Shown: positions 38,661-53,397 of the stretch, in pieces
Position numbering within the stretch: position 1 is the first letter of the stretch
How the letters are laid out: every line of letters starts with the position of its first letter
Source of the DNA: Orbicella franksi
Taxonomy: Eukaryota
Reading direction: 5' to 3'
NCBI GenBank assembly: GCA_964199315.1
Contig: OZ116712.1
Coordinates: forward strand, 21,328,001-21,392,000
Length of the DNA: 64,000 nt
Made by a program: the position numbers and the translations under genes
The notes under the pieces: generated by a model
The model's database searches: none
Told to the model about the DNA's origin: nothing
Seen by the model: only the letters and a program-made list of their open reading frames with translations

Positions 38661-40179
38661 TCAAGTTTCAGTCTGCAGATTTTCCGACGAGTGACAGTTT
38701 CTCTTTCCATAGCCATTGGCGCTTGTGATGCTGTCGAGATGTCGTTGACTTACTGACCGCAAAGGAGTGAAGGCCTGTAGCTGTTCCTTCATGGCGCCTG
38801 ACACTTTTTGCAGACGCTGGAGCCGTTTACCTGTGCTTTGGTTCTGATGACGTAGACTTTCCTAGGACAGTGAAAAAAACTCTGAATTTATCACTATATA
38901 GTTACGATCAAAAGAAGAGCTAGTCAGATTGCACACTCTGGAATTGATAAGAACTCTTAGCCTCAATAATGATTAGCATCTATTTCAGTTATCTTTAGAT
39001 ATCAATGCAAAATCACTAGAATGAAGAGGAAACTGCTTTGATATACTAGTGTCACAACAGTTCTTCCTAAAACTACCAACGAACGTAAAAAAAAGAAGTG
39101 TGAAATGAGTTCGAACACGTTTACAACCAAAGCAATAAGAGAAACATGGGCTGATTCTACAGGTGAGTTTAGGATAAGGATTAAGTAGAAAACCATCAGA
39201 AAAAAAAAACAAAAAAAACCCCAATAAACTGAAAACAAACAAGGGTGGGCACGAATTTGAAAGATTAAGACGAATTACGAACGACAAACTTGATAAAGTT
39301 GGCCATGGTTCTCTACATACATCGTCCATCTTAGCCACTCTAAGTCAACCCATACAACGAATCATTACTCTTTCGTAATATGCCGGATTGAAGAACTATG
39401 GGTAACATTATAGTGGGCTGCACTAACAAGCAGGTGGAAATTAAAACTTAATTTTGAAAAGAATATTTAATCTCCAAACATTAATTTCGAGTGCTTTTGC
39501 CGCCAGATTATATTGATGCTAAAGTGATGTGTGAAGAAATAAGTTAATTTCTATTTGCTCCGCGCGAATAGGAATTCTTCGATTCACTGATTTGAATCAT
39601 GTACTCGACACTGCCAGCGACAAAAGAGTTACTTTTGTACTAATTAGTCACGTCGGCTTTAAAATATGTAAAACAATTTTCACTTTAATTTTATGCCGAC
39701 GCATCAGTCTATGCGGTCGACAGTACTTAAAACTTCCACAATGTCGAATAAAGCCAATTTCTCTGTTGCGTTATGTGAAGTTTGCCAATTTTGTCAACGT
39801 AAAATAATGTTTGTTTTCATTCTTCTCGCGCGCGACTAACAATATCCAGCAATACATATTGACAAAGGAAACCGCATTGTTTTCGTTAAAGGACATCTAG
39901 TATGTGGCGCACTAAAAGTTGTCCTTTACTCAACAAAAACCTTACCATATCGCGCAAAAGTCCCGAGGTTTCTTCCTCTAACTTCTTTGTACTTGAGCTC
40001 ATTTCGTAGATAATCTCATGAAAGGATTTTGCCCTTTTTAATGGGTTTTTCCTTTCGCGAAAGAACCTTGGTGAAAGGGATTCCCCATCGCTACTTCCTG
40101 ATGTTAAACTTTCAACACTGTGGCTTGTCTTGAATTGCCGGCGTCTCGTATTTTCGTGGAATTCGTTTCCAAAAACCAT
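38661..40179 (-). CDS. Small orphan coiled-coil protein (144 aa); exons 40179-39946 and 38861-38661
   Basis: ATG-initiated 78-codon exon ends ATG|GTAAGG. Acceptor CCTAG|GAAAGT continues the frame, and a heptad-like helix (LEEETSGLLRDM|ESLRHQNQSTGKRLQRLQKVSGAMKEQLQ) runs across the junction. Confidence 0.65.
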
Positions 40180-40870
40180 GCTTTAAGTTAAAGCTTTCAG
40201 TTGGTAATGGTAGAAACCTTCTGACTGAAGAGAAAATTAATTTCATGTATTCGTTGAATCACTGATATCGCATTTTATGGACGCGATGCCATGAAGTAAA
40301 CAAAAGTTTCGCAGATTGACTTTGACGTAAATTTTGATTGGATGCTTTATGCTAAAAATCTTTGAATTATTTATTGCTTTGTTGCGCACGCGACATGAAG
40401 GACATGTGAAGATGTTTACGGCTACGAAACAGACCAAGTTAATATCAGAGACAAGCACAGAATACAAATCAGGAATCTGTTGAAATACTCTTTAGCTGTA
40501 TGGATCTACACTCGCTTTTAAAATCAGCTCATGCCTTTGCAGGTCTATTATAAAGAAGTGGCGAACCTTCCCAAATATAACCTCAGTGCCAATGAGCTGA
40601 GATAAATGAATTTAACTTTTTCTCGCGAACTCAATGAGCCTTGGGTTACTCTCCTATATTTATGAGTTGTGTTGTACGTGCCTCCGCAAGAGGCATTTTT
40701 TTGATTTTGCTCTTGCTTCTTAGTCTGAAATGCGGTTAAAGATTTTGCTTGTATAGTCTGTTTTGCTTGCAAGACTGTTATGGCCTACCGGACGTAAACC
40801 TAGCACCTTACCCCCCCCCCCCCCCCCCTAGCCTGCAAATACAAAAAGTAACACTTGTGACACGGTGTTT

Positions 40871-41026
40871 ATCAACGTATTTTATATTACAATGTAACCC
40901 TCCGACGTACACACAGATCCACACAAAGTCGTATACCCATCATGGTTCATCAACGTATTTTATATTACAATGTAACCCTCCGACGTACCGGCACAGATCC
41001 ACACAAAGTCATATACCCACCATGGT
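40871..41026 (+). repeat. 2 x 78-bp direct tandem duplication
   Basis: ATCAACGTATTTTATATTACAATGTAACCCTCCGACGTAC...CACAGATCCACACAAAGTC at 40871 and 40949. Confidence 0.85.
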
Positions 41027-41760
41027 ACGGGCCGTGGACCGGGGTATGGGTGGACAGATGGATAGAGCTCTTCCCTGGGTTTTCGTTTTAATATGACATG
41101 TTTTTTTAAAGATTGTTTTGCGTTTGTTATTTATTATATCTATCAGTTATTACGCGCACTGTGATTGGTCAATTTAACAGGCCGTATTCTACTGTACGGC
41201 CCGCTAAAATTTAAAGCTGTTTTTTGTTGTCAAAATGTTTCATGATTTATCGCCAAGTCCTCCGATTTATGGCCCAAGCACGAAGCGCGCGGGCCATAAA
41301 TCGAAAGGAGAAGAAACTCGGTCCGTAACTTACAGTATGGACCTCGACCAAGAGGTATGAATAGGACGAGGAGACGCGCGGAGACGCGATAAGGACGAGG
41401 ATGATTTTTGTCGTAGCTCTTTGCTCATCCCCACGCGGCTGATCCCAAGGCTAAACCTTAGAAAAATGAGGGAATATCCGTAGTCTGTGTGGAAAACCAC
41501 TAAATAAGCAATCTCATAGCGGAAGACCACGATCTCTTTAGTCAAAGCCTTGTGGGTGCTCACGGGAATCCAAGTGCTCGGTCGAAAGAGACTGGAAAAT
41601 AGTCGCTGGTCCAGCGGCTTCATTCCATAGCAAGAATTGCTCTGTGTAGTTGTGGTCCTGGCCTGTGGACAGGTAAACCACATGCAATCAACGAAATGAT
41701 TCTGGAATTTTAGACCATTGCTAAAACCTATAAGGTTTTTAAACTTTGCAGGGAAACGAA

Positions 41761-44682
<2,922 letters not shown>

Positions 44683-46804
44683 ACTGGTTAGTCAAATGTG
44701 TTGGGAAACAGGCAAGATTTTAAATAATTTCAGTTAGTTCTATATTATCAATGATTTTGTTTGACAAGACTGGATTCTTGGAGTTTGTACTTAAATGTTC
44801 AGAACTTTCTGGGCAGCAACATTTATTTTGATAATCATGGAAATTATATTCTGTTGAAAAGTTACACAGTCATGCAGAAAAATGCTGTCCATATGTCCTA
44901 TTTAAATTTATTTAAGAAGCCAAATTATTCTTGCATTTGGATTGGTTTTTACAAGTTTATGATCCATAATTTGGAGGACAAATCTATCATAGATGGCATC
45001 ATCAAGTTAAACAATCTTTTTTGTTTCTTCGTAATTAGATTCGGATTAATTTGTTTTAGATTAAGTTGATTCCATGTTGCCATTTATCTGTTCAGTAATA
45101 GATCACAGATGTCAAAATGTGGTAAGAACATCAATGACACACTTGGCTATCGCCTTCTGTGCCACTGTTAACTTTTTACTCCATTTTGATGTCATCTGTG
45201 ATCTGTTGTTGAACAGACTCATGGCAAAGTGGAATTCATCTATTTGTTAAATGAACTAATTATTAATATTACATATAATTATGTAAAATTATATGGAGAA
45301 ATCCAAAATATTAACAGGTTAAGAAGTGGCCAGTTTGACAAGGTATTCAAAAATGTCTGACTATGTTGCCTCTTTCTTTTTGTTTAGATGGCAGCAGACC
45401 TAGAAGACACAAAGGGGTCATCTTAGCTTTTAAGACAGTGTGAAATTCTAGTTGAACTCTGGTGGAGTTTTTCACACCATTATTGTACTGGCTGTACCTT
45501 GAGCAAAATGTTTTGACTTTTCAAAGGGAGTGACGACATGTACCTCACCAGTCATATATGGACAGTTTGTAAAGTAATCAGAGAACAGAAAACCTCTGCA
45601 AGTAGACTTTGTTAGTCTGGAAGAATTTAAGGTACCGGTACTACGAATCCGAGATGTAGGCAAGTTGAACACAAGATTTTGAACTGTTTGAAACACAAGA
45701 TTTTGAACTGTTTGAAACACAAGGAAATGTTTAATTTTCCATTACGATATAGCGTTCTTTTGAATTGTCAAGGAAAGGAAATGGCTGTGCTGCTATCCTT
45801 TTCATCATGTAATTATTGACCACACTTTTTTACTTCACGTAATTCTCCTTTAAAACTGGATTAGCTTATGATGAACTAGGCTCAATTTCCACAAGTTTTG
45901 TACACCCCAGTTCCTCAACACACTATTGTAAACAGAGTGAAAACTGGACTTGCACAACAGCTGTAAAACAGAGCTAAATGATAATTATACTTTTAGCAAC
46001 AGGGAGAGAGGTTTATCATTGTACTATACAAACTCAAGAGATGCTCAATTTTCTGTTGATAATTTTTATATTTTGACAAATATAATTATTTCTAGGCAAA
46101 ACTGTATAAATAATCATAATCCATAATGAAAACAAAGCATACACTGTATTTTTAGTGTGTCACTCATTCATAACAAATCACGTCTTGCATATAGAACTAA
46201 AAAGTATTTAACGCAGGTAATAAAATCTAAGTAATTCTATCTGAACCTCTTTGATTTACTTGTTGTGACTGGGTACAATTTTACAAACAGTGAATGCTGT
46301 GGAATGGAAATTATAATACTTGTATGTACTTATGGCATTTTTGTCTTTAAAGACAATAAAAGGAAATTAAAAGAAAGCTATGCATTACCAGATAGTTATT
46401 AAGTTTGAAAAGTTTTGTTAAACAAGATCTGTGTAGTAGTAGCCATCTCAAATAATTATTTTTCTAATTAATTTTTTGAAAGCTGACAACCTTATTATAA
46501 TTATGACTCTGTTGAAGACCCAGTTTTGGCCAGGATGCATTGTGCACTGTGTAGCATTGAAAAACAATTGGAAACTCGCTACCATGTAAACCAAAACAGT
46601 CACAGACATGCAAAAAGCATCGTGGTCAATATTGGCTCCTTCTAAATAGGTCCCCAGTTCAAGGAGAGCCTTCAGCTTGCTGGGTCTATTTTTTCCCCTA
46701 CAACCCCATCCTCCCAACCAAGGACCCTTATAACCATAATCTACTGTAGATGTAAAAATGTTAATATTATCCTAGAACAGTGGTTTGAATGAGTCTTATT
46801 CAAT

Positions 46805-49715
46805 TCACTTTTGTTTACTAGAACTTTGTTCTGCATTAATAACTGGCTTGGCCTTGACAAGCTTTGCTTCCACAACTGCTGCTACAACTCCACTAAACAT
46901 CTCATAAACTCCTTGACCAGTGCTTGCTGATGTTTCATAATACCTAAAAAAATGAAAACAACAGACTGACAATTCAGCTAATGTGCAGATTTACTTATTT
47001 TTAATTGTATGTGGTTTATTAAAACCTCTTGTGTTTAATCAAGTTTGATGTGACAATGAAGTCATATAAGTAAATATATGAAAGATCATATAGTTGAACT
47101 GCAGACAAAGATATGAAGACATGATTGATGATCACAACTATATACACAACTTAAACGGCTGAGAAATCAAAGCCTGAAAACAAAAATAGAGGCTTGAACA
47201 GGATTTGAACCCATGATCTCTGCGATATTGGTGTACAAACCTTAAATCACGTGCCTTAGCCCATCTCTGTCCATCTTTACTGCTCACAACTCTTTTGGAG
47301 GACAAATCAGTCTAGAGCAACGGAAAATATAACACAATGATTTGAAAATTATGAGGGTGGAAAAATGTTGTGGTGTTGACACCAGAGATTCCACTCTCTA
47401 AGCTGCAGTGTCAGAGCCAAGTCAAAAGAACATAGTCCATTTCTAAATTTTCTAAAGAGTTAGTGTAGGCAGTCACTTGGTCCTCGTCTCCAAAGATAAC
47501 AAAACTGACACAAACTGTTCTCTAATACAGACACTTGGCTCTACAGTTTGCTCATTGTCTTTGTTAAAATGAGGCTTGATCAATCACAATGGTTCTTTAG
47601 TTTGCTGTGTGACGACAACTGAATGCAAATACGATCAGAAAGACTAAAACAATTAATGTTATCAATATGTTGTTTTTTTTATAAAGACGAAATGGATGAT
47701 TCTCACCTTATTAGCCACCACAGCCATTACAGCTTGTTTCCCACCATTGCTGGTGAACTCTTGTAACCAGTAGTCCAGGGAGTCAAATGACAACTTGTTT
47801 GTGACATCAAATACCAGAATACAAGCCTGAGATAGAAAGTGCCACAATGATTAATGTTAGCACAAATTCATCTGATGTCTCAACCAGGGTTCAGAGCTAC
47901 TCATACATCTTTTGGAAATGAGAGATTACAGATAATGCTGAAGTCTGCATAACACTCCAACCTGCGTCTGTCCATATAGTTCCACTCTTATTTCATCATA
48001 ATCTGTGTGACCACCAAAATCCCAGAAGTTGATCCTATCTGAAAAAAGTGTAACATTAAATTACTTATCAGTCATACTATCTCTGATACAAATTTCTTTT
48101 CTTCTAGGAATAACATAAAAATGTCTGAAGGAATCAAAGTTGAAGGATTTTTAGAAGTTTAATTGAATCCTAATAATTCTTACTCTTAAAAACATTTGAC
48201 TGAATAATATTTATATTAACGTTAAAAGCCGACATTTCGACATCATCATGACACCAATCTCAAGGCAAAGTGAATAAATAACGCAAAGATTTGATTTATA
48301 TACAGTCTCTACGAATTAGGATTATAACAAAGGATCACAAGTTCTTCAAGTGAATACCTTTGTGCGAACTGAGTCCGTTTGCACTTAAACCATCCCTAAA
48401 TGTGCAAATGGACTCGATTCGCGTAAAGGTATTCACTTGAAGAACTTGTGATCCTTAGTTATTATGCTAATTCTTAAAGACTGTATATGAATCAAATCTT
48501 TGCATTATTTATTCACTTTGCCTTGAGAATGGTGTCACAATGACGCCGAAACGTCGGCTTTTAATGTTACTATTCACTTGCTTATGTTTTAAGAAATCGT
48601 AATTGATTAAACATTTATATTAGTAACTTCAAAAAAGATATGGCACATTTGTACAGTTGCACACACAATATGGCTTAGTTTGACAATTTATAACAGTTAT
48701 ACTTACAGTCAGTGCCATTAATTTTGTGTAACTTGAAACCTGAAAGCAGTAAACACTAACATTTACTACAAGTAATGATAGTGATGAACAGATCTGATGT
48801 ATTATCAACCAACATGCTGACACAAGAAGGGTTGGGCACCATTTTGCAGTCCCAATGCAAGAGGAGGGGGTCTAACAGCAGAAGAGGAGGGGTTCAAGAA
48901 TAAAAGAGATGTGAAGGACTCCTGGCCTTAGGGTATGAAATTGTCAATGTAAGTAATGTTTTTGTTTCTCTGGTATTTTATAGAATGCATGAGTTGTACT
49001 CAGGCACTCAAGGAAACCAAAAGACCCAAACTCAAACTACCTGAAACAGAATTTAAGAATTGCAAAGTTTAGTCTGACAAAGAGCAGGTCACTGCTCATA
49101 AAGTTTAAACTGCTGACCAACAGACATAACACCACACAGTTACCCTGTTCAGATATGTTCAGCTCAGCTTTAGAGCAAGTTCTCACAATGCTTTCAAAAA
49201 ATGTCTGGAACAAGTTTGCAAGCCTACTGGTTGCAACTGGTGTCACCGTCTGCAGTCTGCAGTTGCTGCACACTAACAAAACTGAACCTACCATAATCAA
49301 CTCCTGTTGTAGGGTGATAGCTCTTTGAAAACTGTAAGAGAAGAAAACAGTACTACAGCTGTAATTACAATACACAGTCACCTGTAGGCAGATCAGATCT
49401 AAAAAGAAAAACACTGTGAAACTTACTTTTTTCTCACAAAAGTTTTTAACGAGACAGGTCTTTCCCACACCATCATTTCCAATTCCAACAACCTAAAGGG
49501 AAAGTTAAACACATTTTCTCAAAAATGTCTGAACTCATAGCAGAGGATTATGAAGAACTAGTGGCCCTTTGTGCTAAAAATAAGCTTGACTGGTTTCAAC
49601 AGCACCCTTATTTGGAAGTAAAACTGGCGCTATTTTACAGCTTTACCTTTATCCAGAACAAAGACCCAGCAATCTCTTGAACAGACTTGGTCAAATGTCC
49701 AGGTTTTCTGTCCAT
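46805..49715 (-). CDS. DNAJC27-like: RJL-family (DNAJC27/Rbj-like) Ras-superfamily small GTPase lacking the J-domain, 204 aa; exons 49715-49647, 49492-49427, 49331-49292, 48739-48707, 48038-47962, 47826-47707, 47311-47241, 46943-46805
   Basis: G1 GNDGVGKT followed by CLVKNFCEKKF, G2 TTGVDYG, G3 DFGGH (His in place of catalytic Gln, an RJL hallmark), G4 NKTD, G5 ETSAS. Eight exons sum to 615 nt. No CAAX motif; stop follows the G domain. Confidence 0.85.
47080..47237 (-). mobile_element. tRNA-derived SINE fragment (5'-truncated)
   Basis: Minus strand: ATCGCAGAGATCATGGGTTCAAATCCTGTTCAAGCC (B-box GGTTCAAATCC), then body ending GATCTTTCATAT. Confidence 0.65.
48218..48568. mobile_element. 351-bp palindrome (167-bp arms, ~17-nt loop), probable inverted pair of Penelope-like element pLTR fragments
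   Basis: 48218-48384 is the reverse complement of 48402-48568, with scattered (often CpG-type) mismatches. Both outer ends carry a hammerhead-like motif. Confidence 0.75.
48520..48558 (+). ncRNA. Minimal type I hammerhead ribozyme motif (U3-A8 variant)
   Basis: GCC-UUGAGAA-U-GGUGUCA-CAA-UGACGCC-GAAA-C-GUC-GGC: stem I GCC/GGC, 7-bp stem II, GAAA, loopless palindromic stem III (ACGU), GUC cleavage triplet with scissile bond after 48555. Confidence 0.7.
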
Positions 49716-49823
49716 CGCCACATCATAATCTCTTCAAGTTTGGTTGTCAACAAACTGGTTACTCTGTGCATTTGTAACCACGCTTGATTGATCGCCTGGC
49801 TACCAAGCCTTCCAAAGTTCAAA

Positions 49824-51577
49824 ATGGCGGAGTTTGCGGCTCATCTGAACCAAGGGACTACAAATGCCAACCCTACAATATTCGAGATAGTCGCCGAGGA
49901 ATCTATGGCATCAGTTTTTAGACCGGCAGTTTCTTATGGGTTAAAAGTGCTAGCAAGTTCCAATCCTGGCAGATGGGGCTGGATTTGGCGTTTCGGAGAC
50001 GAACTTCACCTCTGTTTAGATTACATCGTTCAGAATTACTACTTGAAGAACTTTGGAGGTTCAATATCTGAACATTTTTACGGTCTTAAAAGAGTTAACA
50101 GGTTTAACACAGAAAAACACGAGGGAGAGCTTTCAAGTTATCAGAAGTATCTATCGGTGATCATGCTTGTCGGAGTACCATATGCAAAGCTGAAACTTGA
50201 TCAACTGTTTGAAAGAGTGAAAGAAGAGTATGTTAGCGGATATTTGTCCTCTAACCCGTCACGAAAGAATTCTTATTTTCTTCACCTTAAGAGGACATTT
50301 ATTTACGTTTACCCATTCTTACATTTCTCCTGGGAAGCGGTCTTCTTATGTTATCACTTACTGTACATATTCAGATTCTCTGAGGTCCACTCTCCTCTCC
50401 TACATGCTATTGGAGTCTCGCTCCAGAGACTCACGAGACAAGACATTCTTGCGCACAACGTGCAGAACAGTCTGCCCAACATACTGAGTGCAAAGACTGT
50501 GGCCGAAAGGATTTTGGCAATTCCAAGCTCAGTGACGCAGTTATTAGCATCAGTTTTTGCCAATGGTCTTCCAGTTGTGGTGTTCTTTCTCAAATTCGTA
50601 GATTGGTGGTATTCAAGTGAGAATAAAGGTGCAGTGCAGTCTGTGATTCAGTTACCAGTTCCTTCTCCACCACCTCAACCTAAGGTAACAATACCCATAA
50701 TTCCAGAGGAAGTGCTGCATAGAGGAGGGGGGGGGGGGGGGGGAGGTGGGGCACTTCAATGAAACAAACCTCTTATGTGTCATTGCACCATTGATTTAAT
50801 TTGCTTTGAAAGCACCATCCAAGATTTGAGGCACAACATTAGACATTGACCAGGGTTTTCATTAAATTTCAAGTCACATATCCTTGTTCTTTGCACCCTT
50901 AACACAACCTTGTTGTTTTGTGGATAAATTACCAATTCCCTTTACAAGACAAGCCTGCAGGGAATCATGATAGTTGTATTCATTATCTTGGACTGGATGT
51001 TTGTTTTGATGAATACAACTCCCATGATTCCCTGTAGGCATGTCTCACAGAGGGAATGGGTATTGACAACAGGCAATTTCAACCAATTTGACAATTTGCA
51101 TATTTCTATACATAAGCAACTTAACTGGCTTAAAACTTTTTAATCTAAATCTTGGACGTCTGTCTTTTGATTAGTTGAAAATACAGTGAACTCTCTAGTA
51201 CGAAGGGATTTCGTACTACTCGTCATGGCTGCAAATGTTTGGTGAAGTGATGGTTTTTTAGGCAATGCCAAGAAAATCACGAGTTTTGATGAAGTATTGT
51301 TGTCACTGGTTAGTGTCTTGTGGTTAAACTGAAAAGAAACTACTTTGTTCTCTTCCCACAGCCTGCCCAACATGGAACTCAACTTCCTCCTCACCCAGCA
51401 CAATGTCCTCTGTGTAAGAAGGTCCGCACTAATCCTGCAGCACTGTCATCATCTGGTTATGTGTTCTGTTACCCTTGTATCTACAAATACTTGAACCAAC
51501 ATGGTTGCTGCCCAGTCACACATTTGCCAAGTGCAACAAAACAACTTGTTAGACTTTATGTTGATGATCGAAACTAG
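49824..51577 (+). CDS. PEX12: Peroxisome assembly protein 12 (RING peroxin), 358 aa; exons 49824-50684 and 51362-51577
   Basis: MAEFAAHL..PTIFEIVAEE, GGSISEHFYGLKRV, VVFFLKFVDWWYSSE, and the degenerate RING CPLCKKVRTNPAALSSSGYVFCYPCIYKYLNQHGCCPVT. Phase-0 intron AAG|GTAACA...CACAG|CCT. Confidence 0.95.
50931..51062. repeat. Imperfect ~130-bp hairpin (MITE-like) in the PEX12 intron
   Basis: CCAATTCCCTTT..GCCTGCAGGGAATCATGATAGTTGTATTCAT vs ATGAATACAACTCCCATGATTCCCTGTAGGC..AGGGAATGGG, ~25-nt loop. Confidence 0.7.
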
Positions 51578-53397
51578 AAAAACACTGTTTTGTTTAACTG
51601 TTAGGTTTGAGATGGCATTGTGTACTTAGAAAATTAGATGTAGAATTTGTTAGCTCTTTTACATGTAACTGATGTTTAGCTTGAGACGTAATCCATCACA
51701 CAGGTAATCCCTAAAGAGAGGATCTCACTGATCAACAGATTTAACTGATTCTGGATTACATGCTGCCCTTGATGAAACTCCTCCCCTAGCTAAATACCTC
51801 ACTTGACAGCAACAAAATATCATTAGAGCTGCCCTCGCACAACAACATGGCACTTACATGTAATTGATGCACTTGAGTTTTAGAGTATGCCTAATGCAGC
51901 TACATTTACTTGACCCTAAGACAATGGCAATGACATTTTAAACTTAGTTTTGGTTATTTTTTCTATCATTTTGGATAAATGAGTTTTTTTTTATGTTTAG
52001 TAAAGATTGTTTCTTAATTACAAATTTTAATCAAATACTGTAGTTGAGAAATTTAATGAGTTCCATGGTGCATTATCGAGTAACACTGTGACAATAACCC
52101 TGCATATTGCTAGGCTTAGTTTAGTCAGTTCTATCATCCTTCAAAGAACGGTTTTGAATCTAATGCCAATATTACAGCAAATATGCAAAACCAACGAGTT
52201 GTTCACAAATTTAACTTGAGCTCATGAATGGTACGTGTGGGTCTGTTGACTGGTTTAGTAACACTAGTAAATAATTACTTTCTTTATTGAAATATACCAA
52301 AATACTGTTATTTGTGGAATCCAACATACCTGTAACTGAATCATCAAAAACTTATTACATTATATGTTTACAGATGGTAAAGCAGTGTCAATCCTCTAAT
52401 CATTATCAAATCCCCAGATGCTTTATCGATGCAAGTTCTAATAAATAATAAATATATTATATGGGGGATAAAAATTAACATCACAGCTTGAGTATTGACT
52501 TGACATGCCACAAAGTTATTGTCAGGACTAGATTTAATGTGGGTTACTGTCCAGAAAATATCCAGTCCACCTTGCAGGTTTGGTTTGAATCCCCTCCCAC
52601 TGCTCCAGAAATTCCAGTTCAGCTTCATACTTTCAGTTTCAATTTTTGGTTTTTGAGAACCCCTTCCCCTCAGAATTTCAAGTGACCGTCCATAAGGTGG
52701 ATTTGGTTACTTTTAGGAACCACTGACACATAAGTCAATCAGTCCTGCATTGTCAATGGATTTTTGGCTCAAATTGGATACAATAATTGTATCCTTTTTG
52801 GTACCCTCTGGCACTATATCAAGCTTGTTTGGTCTTGCCATTGGTATTTTGGCTCAACAGCATCAAGCCTCTTCCAAGCATTAGCATACCAGAAAGGTTC
52901 CATTAGGTGCAAGTACTCAGAAGAGTCTATCATGAAACAAGGGATGTTCTTTGTACATAGTTGCAGATTTCTAGGGGCTGCAGGCCTTCAAATTTTGGAA
53001 CAAACAGAAACAAAAGGGCAATATTCCAAAGTGCAATCAGTATCAATCCCACCCTTTTACTCTGGGATTGCTGCACCTTGTATGCTAGTCTGCATCTACA
53101 ATAGCTCCTGTTCATGCTACCATTACTTCCTACTTTTGTTGTCACGCAATCCGCACGTGGCTAAATTGATTTTTTCAATTGACTTTAATTGTCCATATAC
53201 ATCTATGTATAAATAACAAAACAGTCCAAAACCTCTCGCAAGCATAAGTGTTTTTTCTCTAAAACAAGTTCACAGGTGACAAAGGAATCACAGTTCTCAC
53301 AACAATAATTACATACTGTTTACCCACCTGTTGCTAGAATTGTCGACAACATCGATCTCTAAAATATTTATGTATTTGGTCTACAAACTATCCTTGG

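Noticed and set aside
15184-38860. Other CTGATGA occurrences (~15184, ~21574, ~37711, ~38845) tested as hammerhead cores
   Set aside because: None has a stem II followed by GAAA and a GUH site; two lie in coding exons.
45400-46800. Search for J-domain exons of the RJL gene
   Set aside because: Only an HPG in a spurious ORF (46448-46717) was found; no HPD or J-domain helix pattern.
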